Shown: positions 1 through 12,224 of the stretch, one piece after another
How positions within the stretch are numbered: position 1 is the first letter of the stretch
How the letters are laid out: each line of letters opens with the position of its first letter
Assembly (NCBI RefSeq): GCF_002105155.1
Contig: NW_019028995.1
Span: 434,001 to 498,000, forward strand
Reading direction: 5' to 3'
Source: Lobosporangium transversale
Lineage: Eukaryota
Length of the DNA: 64,000 nt
Notes under the pieces: generated by a model
Seen by the model: only the letters and a program-made list of their open reading frames with translations
Databases searched by the model: none
What the model was told of the DNA's origin: nothing
Position numbers and translations under genes: made by a program

Positions 1-42
1 GCTAAACGAGACTACAGCCAGAAACTGTATACGATTAGCCAA

Positions 43-76
<34 letters not shown>

Positions 77-872
77 GATCATATGTTTATTACAGTTGAA
101 TCTCATAAACATACAAGCTCATTTGTAAGCGAGACAATACCATGGAGGAATTCTTCGATCGAAATTTCAAATCTGGAAATGTCGTTATTGAGATCAACTT
201 TGACTGTCAAGGCGCGATCATGATAAGCACATAGGGGTAATTAATAAATGCTTATTGTACTATGATGAAAATATGAGAGAAGGATAGTAATTGGTTGCGC
301 CTGATAACACTCTCATCTTGTTAGGACTTACCACCAAAAAATCCTTCAAGCTCTTCAACCGTGATCAGGCGCTCATGCTCCAGGTACATCGTCAATGTGG
401 CAAGGAAGCAAGCTTGTTGCATTGGTCCTGACCACAAGCTGTTGTATTTGTAATATTGGTTGACAGGAACTATCTTGGCGACTTCCTGAATATGAGTCTG
501 GATGTCTCCAAAATGAATACGGGCTTGCGCACATAGAGCTGGAACTATGGAAAAAAATGAATCAAGCTGTTGTTACTAAACGGGGCAGACTTATGCATAG
601 ACTTCTCCTAAAGTAATATCTGGCTGCTACCTTGCTCTCTGGGACTAGAGTGAACCCTGTTCAGAACAGCTGTAATGTTCCTGTTAGTCCTGTCTAGTTC
701 GCGAACTGCTGTACGGATGTTATCCTTAGTAGCCTATATTTTATGCGCGTTCGTATGAGACGAATGTAATTTCTTTTCACATTTTGTCATAAACGGATCG
801 TGTTCTTACAGCTTCTGCCTCCATGGAGGTCTGGATTGCATCGAAAAATCTAAGATCCACCACGTCCGACAT
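1..872 (-). CDS. TSN1: Translin (C3PO subunit), multi-exon, 3' end runs off the window
   Basis: ATG at 872. Spliced translation MSDVVDLRFFDAIQTSMEAEA..DNIRTAVRELDRTNRNITAVLNRVHS..VPVNQYYKYNSLWS..LEHERLITVEE..FEISIEEFLHGIVSLTNEL-SRLA matches translin motifs (IR..VRELD, P..QYYKY...W, EE.L.G...L.NELSRLA). GT-AG introns. Confidence 0.9.
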
Positions 873-1023
873 TCTTCGTTTCTGAGAGAAAAGAAGAAGA
901 GACCTGTCGAAATCGGACAACATTAAACATTCAGTGACTGTTCAAATTAGACTATGTGCAATTCTTTTCAATGGAAGAAGCCATTCATTCGTAGGGCAGC
1001 TCATACATCTCATTCTTGTTCTC

Positions 1024-2773
1024 ATGTTTAGCGGATACAGCGCTTGGTTTTCACCTGAGCTTGCTTCATACAGAAGTACTTGGAGTAAAGGCACAGCAAG
1101 ATAAAGAACTATTGTAGTTTCTAAAGTTACTTAAGTTATTGCTGCGTCTGGACTGATAGGTATTCGAATTTCGATTTCTTACAGAAAATAATGGTGGCGA
1201 AGAAAAGGAGCTGGCAGAAGCCGATATTGCTTTCATGAATGATCGGTCGCTCTCCAACTCAGATAGGTATGTGCTGTAATAGTTCATATATATCATAAAC
1301 GTTCATACTCCTGCTCATACCATTAAACCACATTCTGATATGTTTTTCTGGGTTACTCTTCAGAGTCAAGCCAACAATGAAAATCCTTCGGCCAGACTGG
1401 ATAGAAGGTATATAGTAGAAATAAGACGACTTCATTAGCAGCGGAGGGGACCTTTAACCTAACCATCAGATGTCCCCGCGCCACTATACTTCATAGATTC
1501 TGTTAAAGGCAGGAGACGCTTATCTCTAACGCGTTATAAACAAACTTTTCCTGCACTTGAACGTTGGGGTATGTGAAGTGTGTTCACTACGTGGTAGCGC
1601 GCCTATGCTTTACTTACTACATAGCAAACATTTGGCTCAGCACTTTTGCTTTGTAGACTCAGCAACTTTTAGTAGAAATTTGGCTGTAGGAATTGATGCC
1701 TTCAAAAGCTCCAAGGTACTATCGCTGACATCACCTTCCAAGCATCTCCATCAGCCAGAGGAAGGGATTGCAGACTTGCCAATTACCTCGTTGGAGCATT
1801 CATTTAGGCCATCCACACTCAAGGATACGCAGCTCTCTATGCCTGAATCGAGAGAGAGTCAGGAAATGGAGCAGACACAGACACTCAGTTTACTATCGAA
1901 GCAAAGTCAAATGGAGCGTGAAAATGCTTCTCCGCTTAGTGATTATGATAGATTTGGGCCCTCGGAGGGAGGTCACTTGGATAGATGGCAGACACGATCA
2001 AATATAGAGAACCCTTCGGCACATAGGTCCCATACAAGTCCCTCACTACAATCGATTTCCGCATCTTTGCTACCCAAAACGTCACCCCAATCAGTTCCAA
2101 AAAAGAGACGCTTACCAAGCACTATTCGGGGAATTAAGAGGCAAGAAGAGTGTTGTATTAAAAAAATCTAGTTAATCCTGACTTGTAATGCTCCACTAAA
2201 GTCTGATGTTATGTTGTTATCTCAAATATCAGCAGGCCATCTCCAGCAATGAAAGACACTAGATTGGATGACGCCTTCTTCGGAAACTCGCAAGTGCTTG
2301 ATAGATGTTTGGAGTGCATATATCCGGCAGCTATTGAGCTGACTATCTTCATCTGGCCTCATACTGATAAAATATGTATTATATATTTTTTTCTACCGAC
2401 ATAGTGATTCAGATGAGGAGCTATCTGGTGTCGTTAGTAACAATGCTGCGCATACTGCTCTGAAAGGTACAACTCCTGGACAAGAATCATCAAATTTTGG
2501 AACCAAGGCGCCGAGTTGCAGGTATATGCTTCATAATATCATCCTGATATACTTCAGCAACAGATGTCTCATCCTCTCGCAAAACAAAACATTCAAATAC
2601 AACTTTTTTTCTTTGTTAGTCGAAGGTCAGAGCAAGCTGTGGATTATCTAACTCGTATTGTTACTGCAATGGATGGAGAAAAGAAAAGCCTGCTCTCCGA
2701 TAATCATCCTCAGCTTCACATTATAAATGTTGGCTCTGAGAATATCTTCCTTCGACGGAAAATAAACGATTAG
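1024..2773 (+). CDS. BRCT-domain protein with TERB2-like N-terminus, long Ser-rich middle and short C-terminal domain (about 8 exons, about 350 aa)
   Basis: Exons 1024-1084, 1185-1266, 1364-1407 and 1497-1568 splice in frame (GT-AG) to MFSGYSAWFSPELASYRSTWKNNGGEEKELAEADIAF...KILRPDWIEDSVKGRRRLSLTRY, which has the BRCT GG and W-x3-S motifs. It joins the 1557..2171 ORF frame at 1657 and ends in the 2564..2773 ORF frame. Middle exon borders are less certain. Confidence 0.7.
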
Positions 2774-3044
2774 ACAAGTGCACTAAATTTATACATGTGC
2801 TCCAACACTTCAAGCAGCGCATCAACTGATTATTTATACCATTTGCTGGTGTGGCTTGCCTTTTCTCATTCTATTGGTTACACGGCCGACAATAAAAGGC
2901 GCGCTTGTGTTGTAGTTTTTCTTCATCGGTTTCCTTTAGTCCCCTAACACGACTCTACCAGACCGGCTCCTATATTCCTATATTCTCTCTCGCCTTGTTC
3001 ACACAAACCTACAACACCCTTACTTCCCTTAAACTTTAGTAATC

Positions 3045-5046
3045 ATGCGTGAAGTTATTAGGTATATAAATATGCCTATGTTTATTAATATTGTCCTGTG
3101 GTTTTAATGATTATAACGGAATGGCCTGTTGACCATCTTCCCTTGCTTTTTCCATGCAATACATTTCTTTTTCATCAGTATCCATGTCGGACAGGTGAGT
3201 AAAATCTAATGTTGAATTCATTACCGCACTTTTTTTTTATTCGAACATGAAGATTCTAAGAGATGATGAGATTAACTGAAATACATCATCTATTCTACTA
3301 CTGAACTGATTTGCCTCTAGGCCGGTATTCAAATCGGTAACGCCTGTTGGGAGCTCTACTGTTTAGAGCACGGTATTACCCCTGATGGTACCGTGTAAGT
3401 ATTCATCTAAACATATTTTGGCGCAAGCAAGTCAAATGAAGAAAGATTTTTTTTTTTTTTTTTTTTTTTTTGGCTCACTTGCATTTGACTTTATCAATGG
3501 TCAGTGGTCTTTGTTAGATTATTCTTACTAACATTCTTAGTTATCCTATTTGTCGCTCATTCTGTTTTCTATAGTGCCTCAGATAAGCAATCTTCCCAGT
3601 TCGACTCATCTTCAAGCACCTTCTTCTCTGAGACTGGTGCTGGCAAGCACGTCCCGCGTGCCAGTAAGCTCTAAATGTCTTTTGTTAGGCTGAAAAATAC
3701 TTTGAGAGAATGACACGGAGAGTTAAAAAGAGCGATGAGCCCATTATTCATCTTTTTTTTTTTTTTTTTTTTTTGTGAACAACTTAGTTTTCGTTGATCT
3801 TGAGGAGACTGTTGTCGATGAGGTTAGACGTGGTACTTACCGTTCGTAAGTGGAATTTAGCAAATACACACAATATTCATACATTAAGCATGCATTCTTG
3901 TGTCACCTAACTTGTAACTAACAATGATTGATCCTTATTTTTTTCAGTCTCTTCCATCCTGAGCAATTGATCAGCGGAAAGGAAGACGCCGCCAACAACT
4001 ACGCTCGTGGTCATTACACTATTGGCAAGGAGCTTGTAGACTCTGTTCTTGACCGTGTCCGCAAGCTTGCTGATGCCTGTACAGGTCTGCAGGGCTTCTT
4101 GGTCTTCCACTCCTTCGGTGGCGGTACGGGATCTGGTTTTGGTGCCTTGCTCTTAGAGCGCCTCTCTGTTGATTATGGCAAGAAGTCTAAACTCGAATTT
4201 GCTGTCTATCCTGCACCCGAGATGGCCACTTCCGTTGTTGAGCCTTATAACTCCATTTTGACGACCCATACCACTCTTGAGCACACCGACTGCGCCTTCA
4301 TGGTCGATAACGAGGCTATTTACGACATCTGCCGTAAGAACTTGGATGTCGCTCGTCCTTCGTACACTCATCTCAACCGCATGATTGCCCAGGTTGTTTC
4401 GTCCATTACTGCCTCCTTGCGTTTCGTCGGCTCCCTCAATGTCGATTTGACTGAGTTCCAGACCAACTTGGTTCCTTACCCCCGTATTCACTTCCCCTTG
4501 GTCACTTATGCCCCGATTTTGTCGGCTAAGAAGGCTTTCCATGAGCAACTCTCTGTCCAAGAGATCACTTCGGCTTGCTTCGAGACCTCCAACCAGATGG
4601 TTAAGTGCGACCCTAAGAACGGCAAGTACATGGCATGCTGCTTGTTGTACCGTGGAGATGTCATCCCTAAGGATGTGACTGCAGCTATCGCCAACATTAA
4701 GACGAAGCGCACTATTCAGTTCGTCGACTGGTGCCCTACTGGCTTCAAGGTTGGTGTCAATGATCAAGCTCCTAGCGTTGTCCCCGGCGGCGAGGTTGCC
4801 AAGGTCAAGCGCGCTGTCTGCATGCTTTCCAACACCACTGCCATCGCTGAGGCCTGGAACCGCCTCGACCACAAGTTTGATCTTATGTACGCCAAGCGTG
4901 CCTTCGTCCACTGGTATGTTGGAGAAGGTATGGAGGAGGGTGAGTTCTCTGAGGCCCGTGAGGATTTGGCTGCTTTGGAGAAGGATTATGAGGAGGTCTC
5001 CTCTGATTCTATGCAGGATGAGGCAGAGCCTGCTGAGGAGTACTAA
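3045..5046 (+). CDS. TUB1: Alpha-tubulin (6 exons)
   Basis: [36 protein letters not shown] signature, C-terminal [21 protein letters not shown]...EEY. Confidence 0.98.
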
Positions 5047-5183
5047 GTAGTCTCAAATAGCTGATGCTTTATAATTTTCGCAAGATGTGGATGATCATTA
5101 ACTTTAATTCCTATTTTGCATTAATTGTGTGAACTTCTAATAAAATATAAAAATGATAGTCTATTCAGTATTATGATTAGTGA

Positions 5184-5821
5184 TTAAGGTGTGGGTGTCA
5201 CTGCAAAGGTGTTGATCAAGCAACACTCAATTGCTTCTAATATGTCCTGCTCCCATAGACCAAGCTCATAATTGACAAGGCCATACTTTTCAAGTGTATC
5301 AGCCCAAGCCTTGACATTATCATACAAATAGTGTAAATGAGGTTCTCGCAAACATTGATCCTCAGAGCGTGCGTTGTTGTAGTGCGAAAAAGCGAAGAGC
5401 CAGCAGTTATTGAGTGCTGTCCAAAATCTTGTTTTTTGATTCATTGGGCCTTTGTCCGACACTAAGTCTTTTAATATATTTACACATAAAAATACGGTAC
5501 ATTCAATTGACAACGATTTGTAGTGAAAAGAAAAGAGTGAATGAAATGAGTATGAGATTTACCCAGCTTCTCACAGTTGGTGACAGCCATATCAGTTAGT
5601 CTACTGAGCGTATTGAAGCTCTGGAGAATCATTCCTTGGTCAATATATTCGAGTACATTTTGTAGCTCTTCTAGGATCAAGGTCAACTCTTCTGTCACTT
5701 CTGAATCGTCCAGTGCAGGTCTATGCGGTCTGTTGTTAGGCGAATTAGGACAAGATATGGTAGTTGCATCCGACTCAGGACTACTTGATCTTGATCTTGA
5801 ATCGTCCGCAATTGGATCCAT
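5184..5821 (-). CDS. Hypothetical protein (2 exons); helical domain with FW..LNNCWL and W.D.LEKYGLV.YE.GLWE..I motifs
   Basis: ORFs 5480..5821 and 5184..5513 join through a GT-AG intron at about 5468-5562. Composition is protein-like; function not recognised. Confidence 0.75.
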
Positions 5822-5998
5822 CCTCTTTGCACATCATGCGCTGTACTTCCGTTTCATTGTGTTTCTTAGAATAAATGAGTCTCTGTAAGGTGACTGCTGC
5901 GTCTGTAAATTTGGCGAACAACCATGGCACTTCATTTTTTTCGTTCCTGCTCTTCAATTGAAGAGAACATATTTACATTAGGCATTGTGAATATTGTA

Positions 5999-7610
5999 AT
6001 GGCGAACGAGATGCTCCGAAATATGTACAAATCAAGGCCTCCACCTCTACCACCTCACTTTGGAGACGACGACGACGAGTCTAGTGACGATATCTTGCAC
6101 AATAGCTTCAGTTCATTAACAGCAGTTCACCCATTCAAAATGAATCGATCCGCTAACTATAGCCTATCCGATCGATATGCGCCTTTAGCTTGGAACGAAT
6201 ACTTTGAAAACAAAAGATATCTAACAGTACCTGGAGACAGAGCAGAGGAAGCTGAAATTACATTCAATATCTATGAGACTCATGGAAACTCTGGAGCTCC
6301 TGTATTTGTCATGCATCATGGTGCTGGTCTTAGTGCACTGTCGTTTGCTTTGACAGCGAAGGAAATTAAGAATATTGTGAATAAGGATGCAAGTGTTCTG
6401 AGCTTTGATTGTCGTGGCCATGGTACGAAGATGATACACAATAGCAATCAGATCTTTTCCCTTTATTCTACAAGGAGAGGACCAATATACTTGTTATTGG
6501 CTCCATTGAGTTTGGTCTGCATCATTTATATACAATATGACTTCACGTAGATTAATACTCATATTGCTTCTTTTCCAAAAAAAAAAAAAAAAAAAAAAAA
6601 GGTGAGACTATGTCTAGCGATGACAACAACCTTTCTTTAGATCGATTGGCCAAAGACCTCAAAAATGTTATTCACGCTGTATATGGGGATCATCCCCCGG
6701 AAATCATTCTTGTCGGACACAGGTATATTCTCTCTTTAATCTGAGGGCAGTGCATTGTATGTAAGTAGCTGATACAGGTGGCATTAAGCTAATATTGAAA
6801 GCCAACTTACCTCGAAATGAATATAGTATGGGTGGAGCTGTCGTCTCAGAGGCAGCATCCCGTGGCATGATCCCAAACCTAATCGGTGTTGCAGTCCTTG
6901 ATATTGTCGAAGGTTTACTTTTTTCTTGTCTTCAGTTCAATGATTTAATGTCTGTACTTCCTTGTCACAGTAACTTATTTATGCTTATTTTGGCTTGGGT
7001 GGTTCAGGTGTAGCTATTGAGACATTGGCTAATATGAATGGATGGCTGGAGAAGCGACCAAACATGTTCCGATCTCTTGATAAGGTTGTTCAATGGGGGT
7101 GAGTGGAGCTATTTCATATAGTCAATCTAAAAAGTGCATGCTGCTGGTTTCTCTTCTTGAATTTACAAGATTACCTTGTTGCGACAAATTTTGCCATCCT
7201 TGTTGGCTTAATATAGAGTAAAATCAGGGACGGTACGTAATGTCGAATCGGCACGAGTCTCATGTCCATCTTTAGTCATTTTATCTAAAGATTCAACAGT
7301 AGAAAATCCATGTTACATCTGGCGTACAGATTTGGCAGCATCGGAGCAATATTGGAAGGAGTGGTTTACTGGATTGACCCAGAAGTTTTTATCAGCGAAA
7401 GCAGGAAGGCTGCTAGTCCTTGCAGGTACAGATCGACTAGATAAAGACATGACGATCGCTCAAATGCAAGGCAAATTTCAAATGCTTGTATTCCCAAATT
7501 CAGGACACGCAATACAAGAGGACGAGCCTGATCGTATGGCTCATGAGTTGGTCGCGTTTTGGAAAAGAAACGAACGCCTTGTACTCCCACCGCGACCTTT
7601 CCTTCCTTAA
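5999..7610 (+). CDS. PPE1: Protein phosphatase methylesterase 1 (alpha/beta hydrolase)
   Basis: HHGAGLSALSF, DCRGHG, spliced GHSMGG nucleophile motif, LDIVEG, WFTGL..KFL, LAGTDRLDKDMTIAQMQGKFQ, GHAIQED. Confidence 0.95.
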
Positions 7611-7720
7611 AATCTTAAAATTAATTAAATAAAAAGTGACTGCTCTGTTCGCGATAAAAAGAAAATCCAATATTCTCTTAGTTCAGGATTGTACACGCCT
7701 TGCCGTTCAGAAGTCAAGAG

Positions 7721-10700
7721 ATGGTAGCATCCACAGGAGTAGCTGACAACATCAGGAGCAGTCGCAACACTGCAGACCAGTTCCCTTTGAGTACACCTAT
7801 TACAACCAATGGGAATGCAGTAGGTAATGTGACACATGGGAAGAAGCCAGCTCATCTGAGCATTGACTCCACAACCGCCAACTCTGCATTCATCCATACC
7901 CTCAACTCACAAATTCAGGCTGCAGCTAAGAATAGTGGCAGCAGCAACCGTCCCCAGCAGAGCCAAGGCGCTTCAGCTTCTGGAAGTGATTTTTCATTGA
8001 CTATTGGCATCGACCGAGCGGCACTCATTGCTCCAGACTTTGACACTGACGAGTTTCTGTCCGCACGCCGACATCTACCTCTTGAGGAACTCAAATCTCA
8101 GGTATGTAAGGAGTACATACTATATATCATGAGATTGTAACCATCATAAACAAACAAAGTCATTATTATAAGACTTTAGTTCGCGTTTATTCGGTACGAA
8201 GATATGGACGGTATTTCATCTTAATTGACAACTTTCGCTTTTATCCTCTTTCTTATGATAATAATCATATGCTATATCTAATGGAATAGCTCATTTCTCA
8301 TATGAAAGAGCTGAAAACAGAGCTCATTGAGTTAATCAACAGTGACTATGCTGATTTTATTAATCTTTCAACCAATCTCAATGGCGTGGATCGTATGATG
8401 GAGGACCTTCGGAAACCGCTAGATCGAATGAAAGGAGATACTATCGTATGCTGTATTTAATTTGCGGAGCCATCTCTATGTGTTTATGTACACAGATACA
8501 TATGTCATATGCCATGCCTAATTACAAGTTATTACTGTTTCCATCATTGAAATTTATTCGAGTAGATTGTTAGATCTAACTTTCAATCAGTAATCGATAG
8601 TTTACAGCAAAAACTTCAGCATCGTACTGAGATTCGGGAGAGAAAAGCTAGTCTTCAATTATTGGTCAATATATCTGAATCTGTTGCTAAAGTTGAAGGA
8701 CTTTTGCAGATCTCGAGCACCTCTGAAGGCAGTGTAGTACTTAGAGATGGCAGCGGAAGGTATTGAATAGTAACAAAGTGGAATACCATGCTCGGAACGA
8801 TGCACAATCGAATCACTAACTCTAATACGTTATAGTCCTAGCGATAGCATAAGTGTGGCAAAGCGCTTGGAACGTGTAGCAATCGAGTATAATAAGCTGC
8901 AATATCTTGTTAGCAAAGGAGCCGACCTACCTTTTGTTACTAGTATCGATTGGGTAAATTGAGCAGTTATAAAGCATGATCATTCTATGGTATTTACGTA
9001 ATTAATCTGTTGATTGATTGTCTGCTTTGCCTTACTTATTGTTATAGCGTTTAGCCAGGATCAAAGAGACTATGAGTGAAAATCTCTCGACTGTCTTGCG
9101 TTCATGCATTAAGTCTAGCCATCGAGACGAAGGAGGGATGTTGATCAAAAATGAATCGATGTCGCAGTGCCTCAGAACTTATGCATTGATTGATCAGACG
9201 GCAGAGGCTGAGAAAGTCATTACTGAAGAGCTTCTTGTCCCATTCATTAGCAAGGTTTATATTGGGCCAGATTTCATTATCCTGAATGATATAACGCTTA
9301 GAACAGCCATATTAATACAGAAACACCTTTTTTTTGCTTGTAGACCATCACTCGGGCAGCTCTCACGGATTCGTCACGTAACCAACATGCCAAGTCTGGT
9401 CAAAATCAGCAGAGACCACTTACTATAATATACAATCAAATTCTCACTTTTATTGACTCTCACTGCAGCACCTTACTTTATATCACGCAAAAGGAGCTCA
9501 AAGGGACAAATTTTGACATTCCTGTCAATTGCATATGGGGCATCACTACTCAGTCTATTCTTAAAAATATCCCTCAGATCCTATTGCCTGGGATACCAGA
9601 TGAATTTCATCGTAACTATACAGATACTATGGACTTTGTCTCAAAAATCGAAGAGTTGTGTGGGACCCACAAATCACTAGCACGGCTAAGGTCACAAGCT
9701 AATTATCAGGCATTCATGAAGCGGTGGCAGCTTCCAGCATACTTCCAGCTTCGGTTTCGAGAAATATCTTTACCGGTAGAGGATGTGCTCCAAATGACAG
9801 CTGATAACAGTCAGCGGTATTCCAGTAACAATGGTAATGTATTAACAAGGATATTTTTCGAGGTAGCAGTAGAATGTACTGATAAGATATCCTACAAATC
9901 GAAATGCGCATATACCTAACAGAGTATTTGATAATTGTCAAAAATAGTACATCTTCCGGCAAGCGTTGCTATTATTCATGCCATCGAGCGATGCTGGTCT
10001 TCGAATGTGTTTATCTACGGAATAGCACATAGATTCTGGAGATTTACTTTGCAACTTTTGGCAAGATACTCCATATGGATATCTATTAATCTAGCCAAGG
10101 ACCTTGACACACCGAAGGATAAACCGGTTCAGGCATGAATAGTATAATGGGATGCATCATCTATGTAGTTTTCATCGATATCCACTAATGCTAGTTGTAC
10201 TAATTTTTTTCTTTTTTCTCTTTTGTTCTTAGTCAAGATCATCATCGCCAGCTCCTGGGTCAGGTGGTAGCACGAGCTGGCAGCAAACTCGCACAATGCC
10301 CTCTGCAGGGGGGCTTCTTCGACCTCCAAGCTCTGCTAGCCGAGCATCTCTTGAAGAAACAACGCTACAGCAACTTTCCATGATTGTCAATGACATTGAC
10401 CATGTAGTTACTCGTGTCAGGGGGATTTTTGATCAGGATATTCGACCAAAATTACCAGTCTCAATCGCGGATGAACCGACCTTAACGGCATCCTTTAATC
10501 AAAGCTTAGAAGCTATTCGGCGTGATGTACCCACAGTACAACAGCGGATCACAGATCTCATTACAAGGCACTGCGTTGATACATTAGCTAGTGTTAAAAG
10601 TATCAATGTCCGAGCAAGTGAAGGGGTTCCTCGTGAGCCTTCTCAATTTGTCCCATTGGTTTTGGCACCGCTTTCAAGATATATTTCAGGATCTGGCGCA

Positions 10701-11187
10701 GTCCTTAATAACAAATCTAGAGATGCATGGGCTAAAGAGGTTATTGTCACCACTACGAACCAATATAGCGCCATTTTAGCAGAGCGCTTGCTTGATATTA
10801 AGCTCTCAGAGGAAGCAACCAACAAACTGAAGGCAGCAGCTAAATCCCGAGGGGGTATTATGTCAAGAACACCAGTATTGCCCAATATCTTTTCAACGAG
10901 CACATCCGAAGCTGACCCTAATATGTCTACAAGCGATAAACTGAGATTACAATTTGTATTGGATGTGGAATGTTATCGAAACGAGGCAAGTTTTAATTTT
11001 ATTTTATATTATTTTTTATTTATGTTAATGACATTAAGATTTCATAACCCTCATAATTATTTCATTCTTTTATTTAATGCAGCTGATAAAGTTTGATATC
11101 GACCCACAAACGTTTCAGCCCTTTCTAGACCTTCGAGCCAATGTACAGCCCTATGAAAGTTTACTCAAAAATTCTAGTAAACAGTAG
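7721..11187 (+). CDS. COG2: Conserved oligomeric Golgi complex subunit 2
   Basis: FDTDEFLS.RRHLPLEELK..L..LKTELIELINSDYADFINLSTNL (COG2 N-terminus); RWQLPAYFQLRFREI, HRFWRFTLQLLARY and DKLRLQFVLDV (COG2 C-terminus). Last exon 11083-11187. Confidence 0.92.
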
Positions 11188-12224
11188 ATTATAAATAATA
11201 AACAGGAGCTGAAATATGATACAGCATAGTGAAATAGTTTATCTCTTACAAAAATTTAAATTGAGAACGCAGTTAGTCGCGGTTAATGGTAAATAGAACC
11301 TCTTTCTCTGGATGATATATATGATTAAGTCAAGCAGCTGAATTCTACTGAACAACTCTCGAAAAGTTTGCCTCTACGACCTCGGCTCCTGCAAGATGAG
11401 TACATTTGTTCTAGATCAACTTATTGATTGCCTGGGTCACGAAGCTTGTGTTAGATATGAGGGTTAACTTTCCATTACAGTTGTATCCTTATTACTTCTT
11501 TTTAATTTCCAGGATACCTTGGACGGTGTCCATCCCAATATTACAAACTTTAAGCGCAAGCGCAATAGTCGACTTTAGCAATAATCATGATGTATATTTA
11601 CGTCAAAGCTATTGCATAGTTGAAAGAAAATCAAATAAAGCTCTGTGATATGGGGCACAAGACGCATCTGCAAGCAGAGGTTCGCTAATTGGTTGAAAGG
11701 TCGATTCGGCGTGCTCCAGACCTAATATCATGGATGCTGACGAAAATCAATTAGTTTTTATCTGTCCTGGCTCTTAACGACAATGGAATTATTCATTCAT
11801 GAGTGTAACCACCAAACTTGCAATACGGATCATATGATGTTAATCGTTGCGAGGGCTTTCTCGCTTCCATGCAAGAACTTGGACGTGGAATCCGTGGATG
11901 GTTTGGCGGATGTAGTCAGATCATTCCTCGGATAGATGATAATGCCTTAGTTTTATTGTTTAAGGCTGTTAAGAGCGTATGGAGTCAGTTGCTTGATACG
12001 GTCTGAGAAATCTGAAATATTTATAATTTTGAACTTCGCCCAAAGTGGTAAATTCACAAAATGGCCCACAGGATGGCGGAGACATTAATCACCTGCTAAC
12101 ACATGGCCAAAGCAAGCCGAGTCACAAAGAGCCATTTTGTTCAACCCATCCAAACCATTGCTCTCATTCTTACACCTCCAGATTTCTATCATATCCTTGT
12201 TTCTCTCTCTCTTACACGTCAGAC

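Noticed and set aside
4153..4911. Long antisense ORFs over tubulin (also over myosin 21648-22358, SHMT 35092-35667 and eEF3 39482-40648)
   Set aside because: Shadow ORFs expected from strong codon bias of the sense genes; no recognisable motifs.
11330..12010. Coding-looking interval between COG2 and SED5 with short ORFs and possible splice sites
   Set aside because: I tried several splice combinations on both strands and none gave a recognisable or convincingly long protein.
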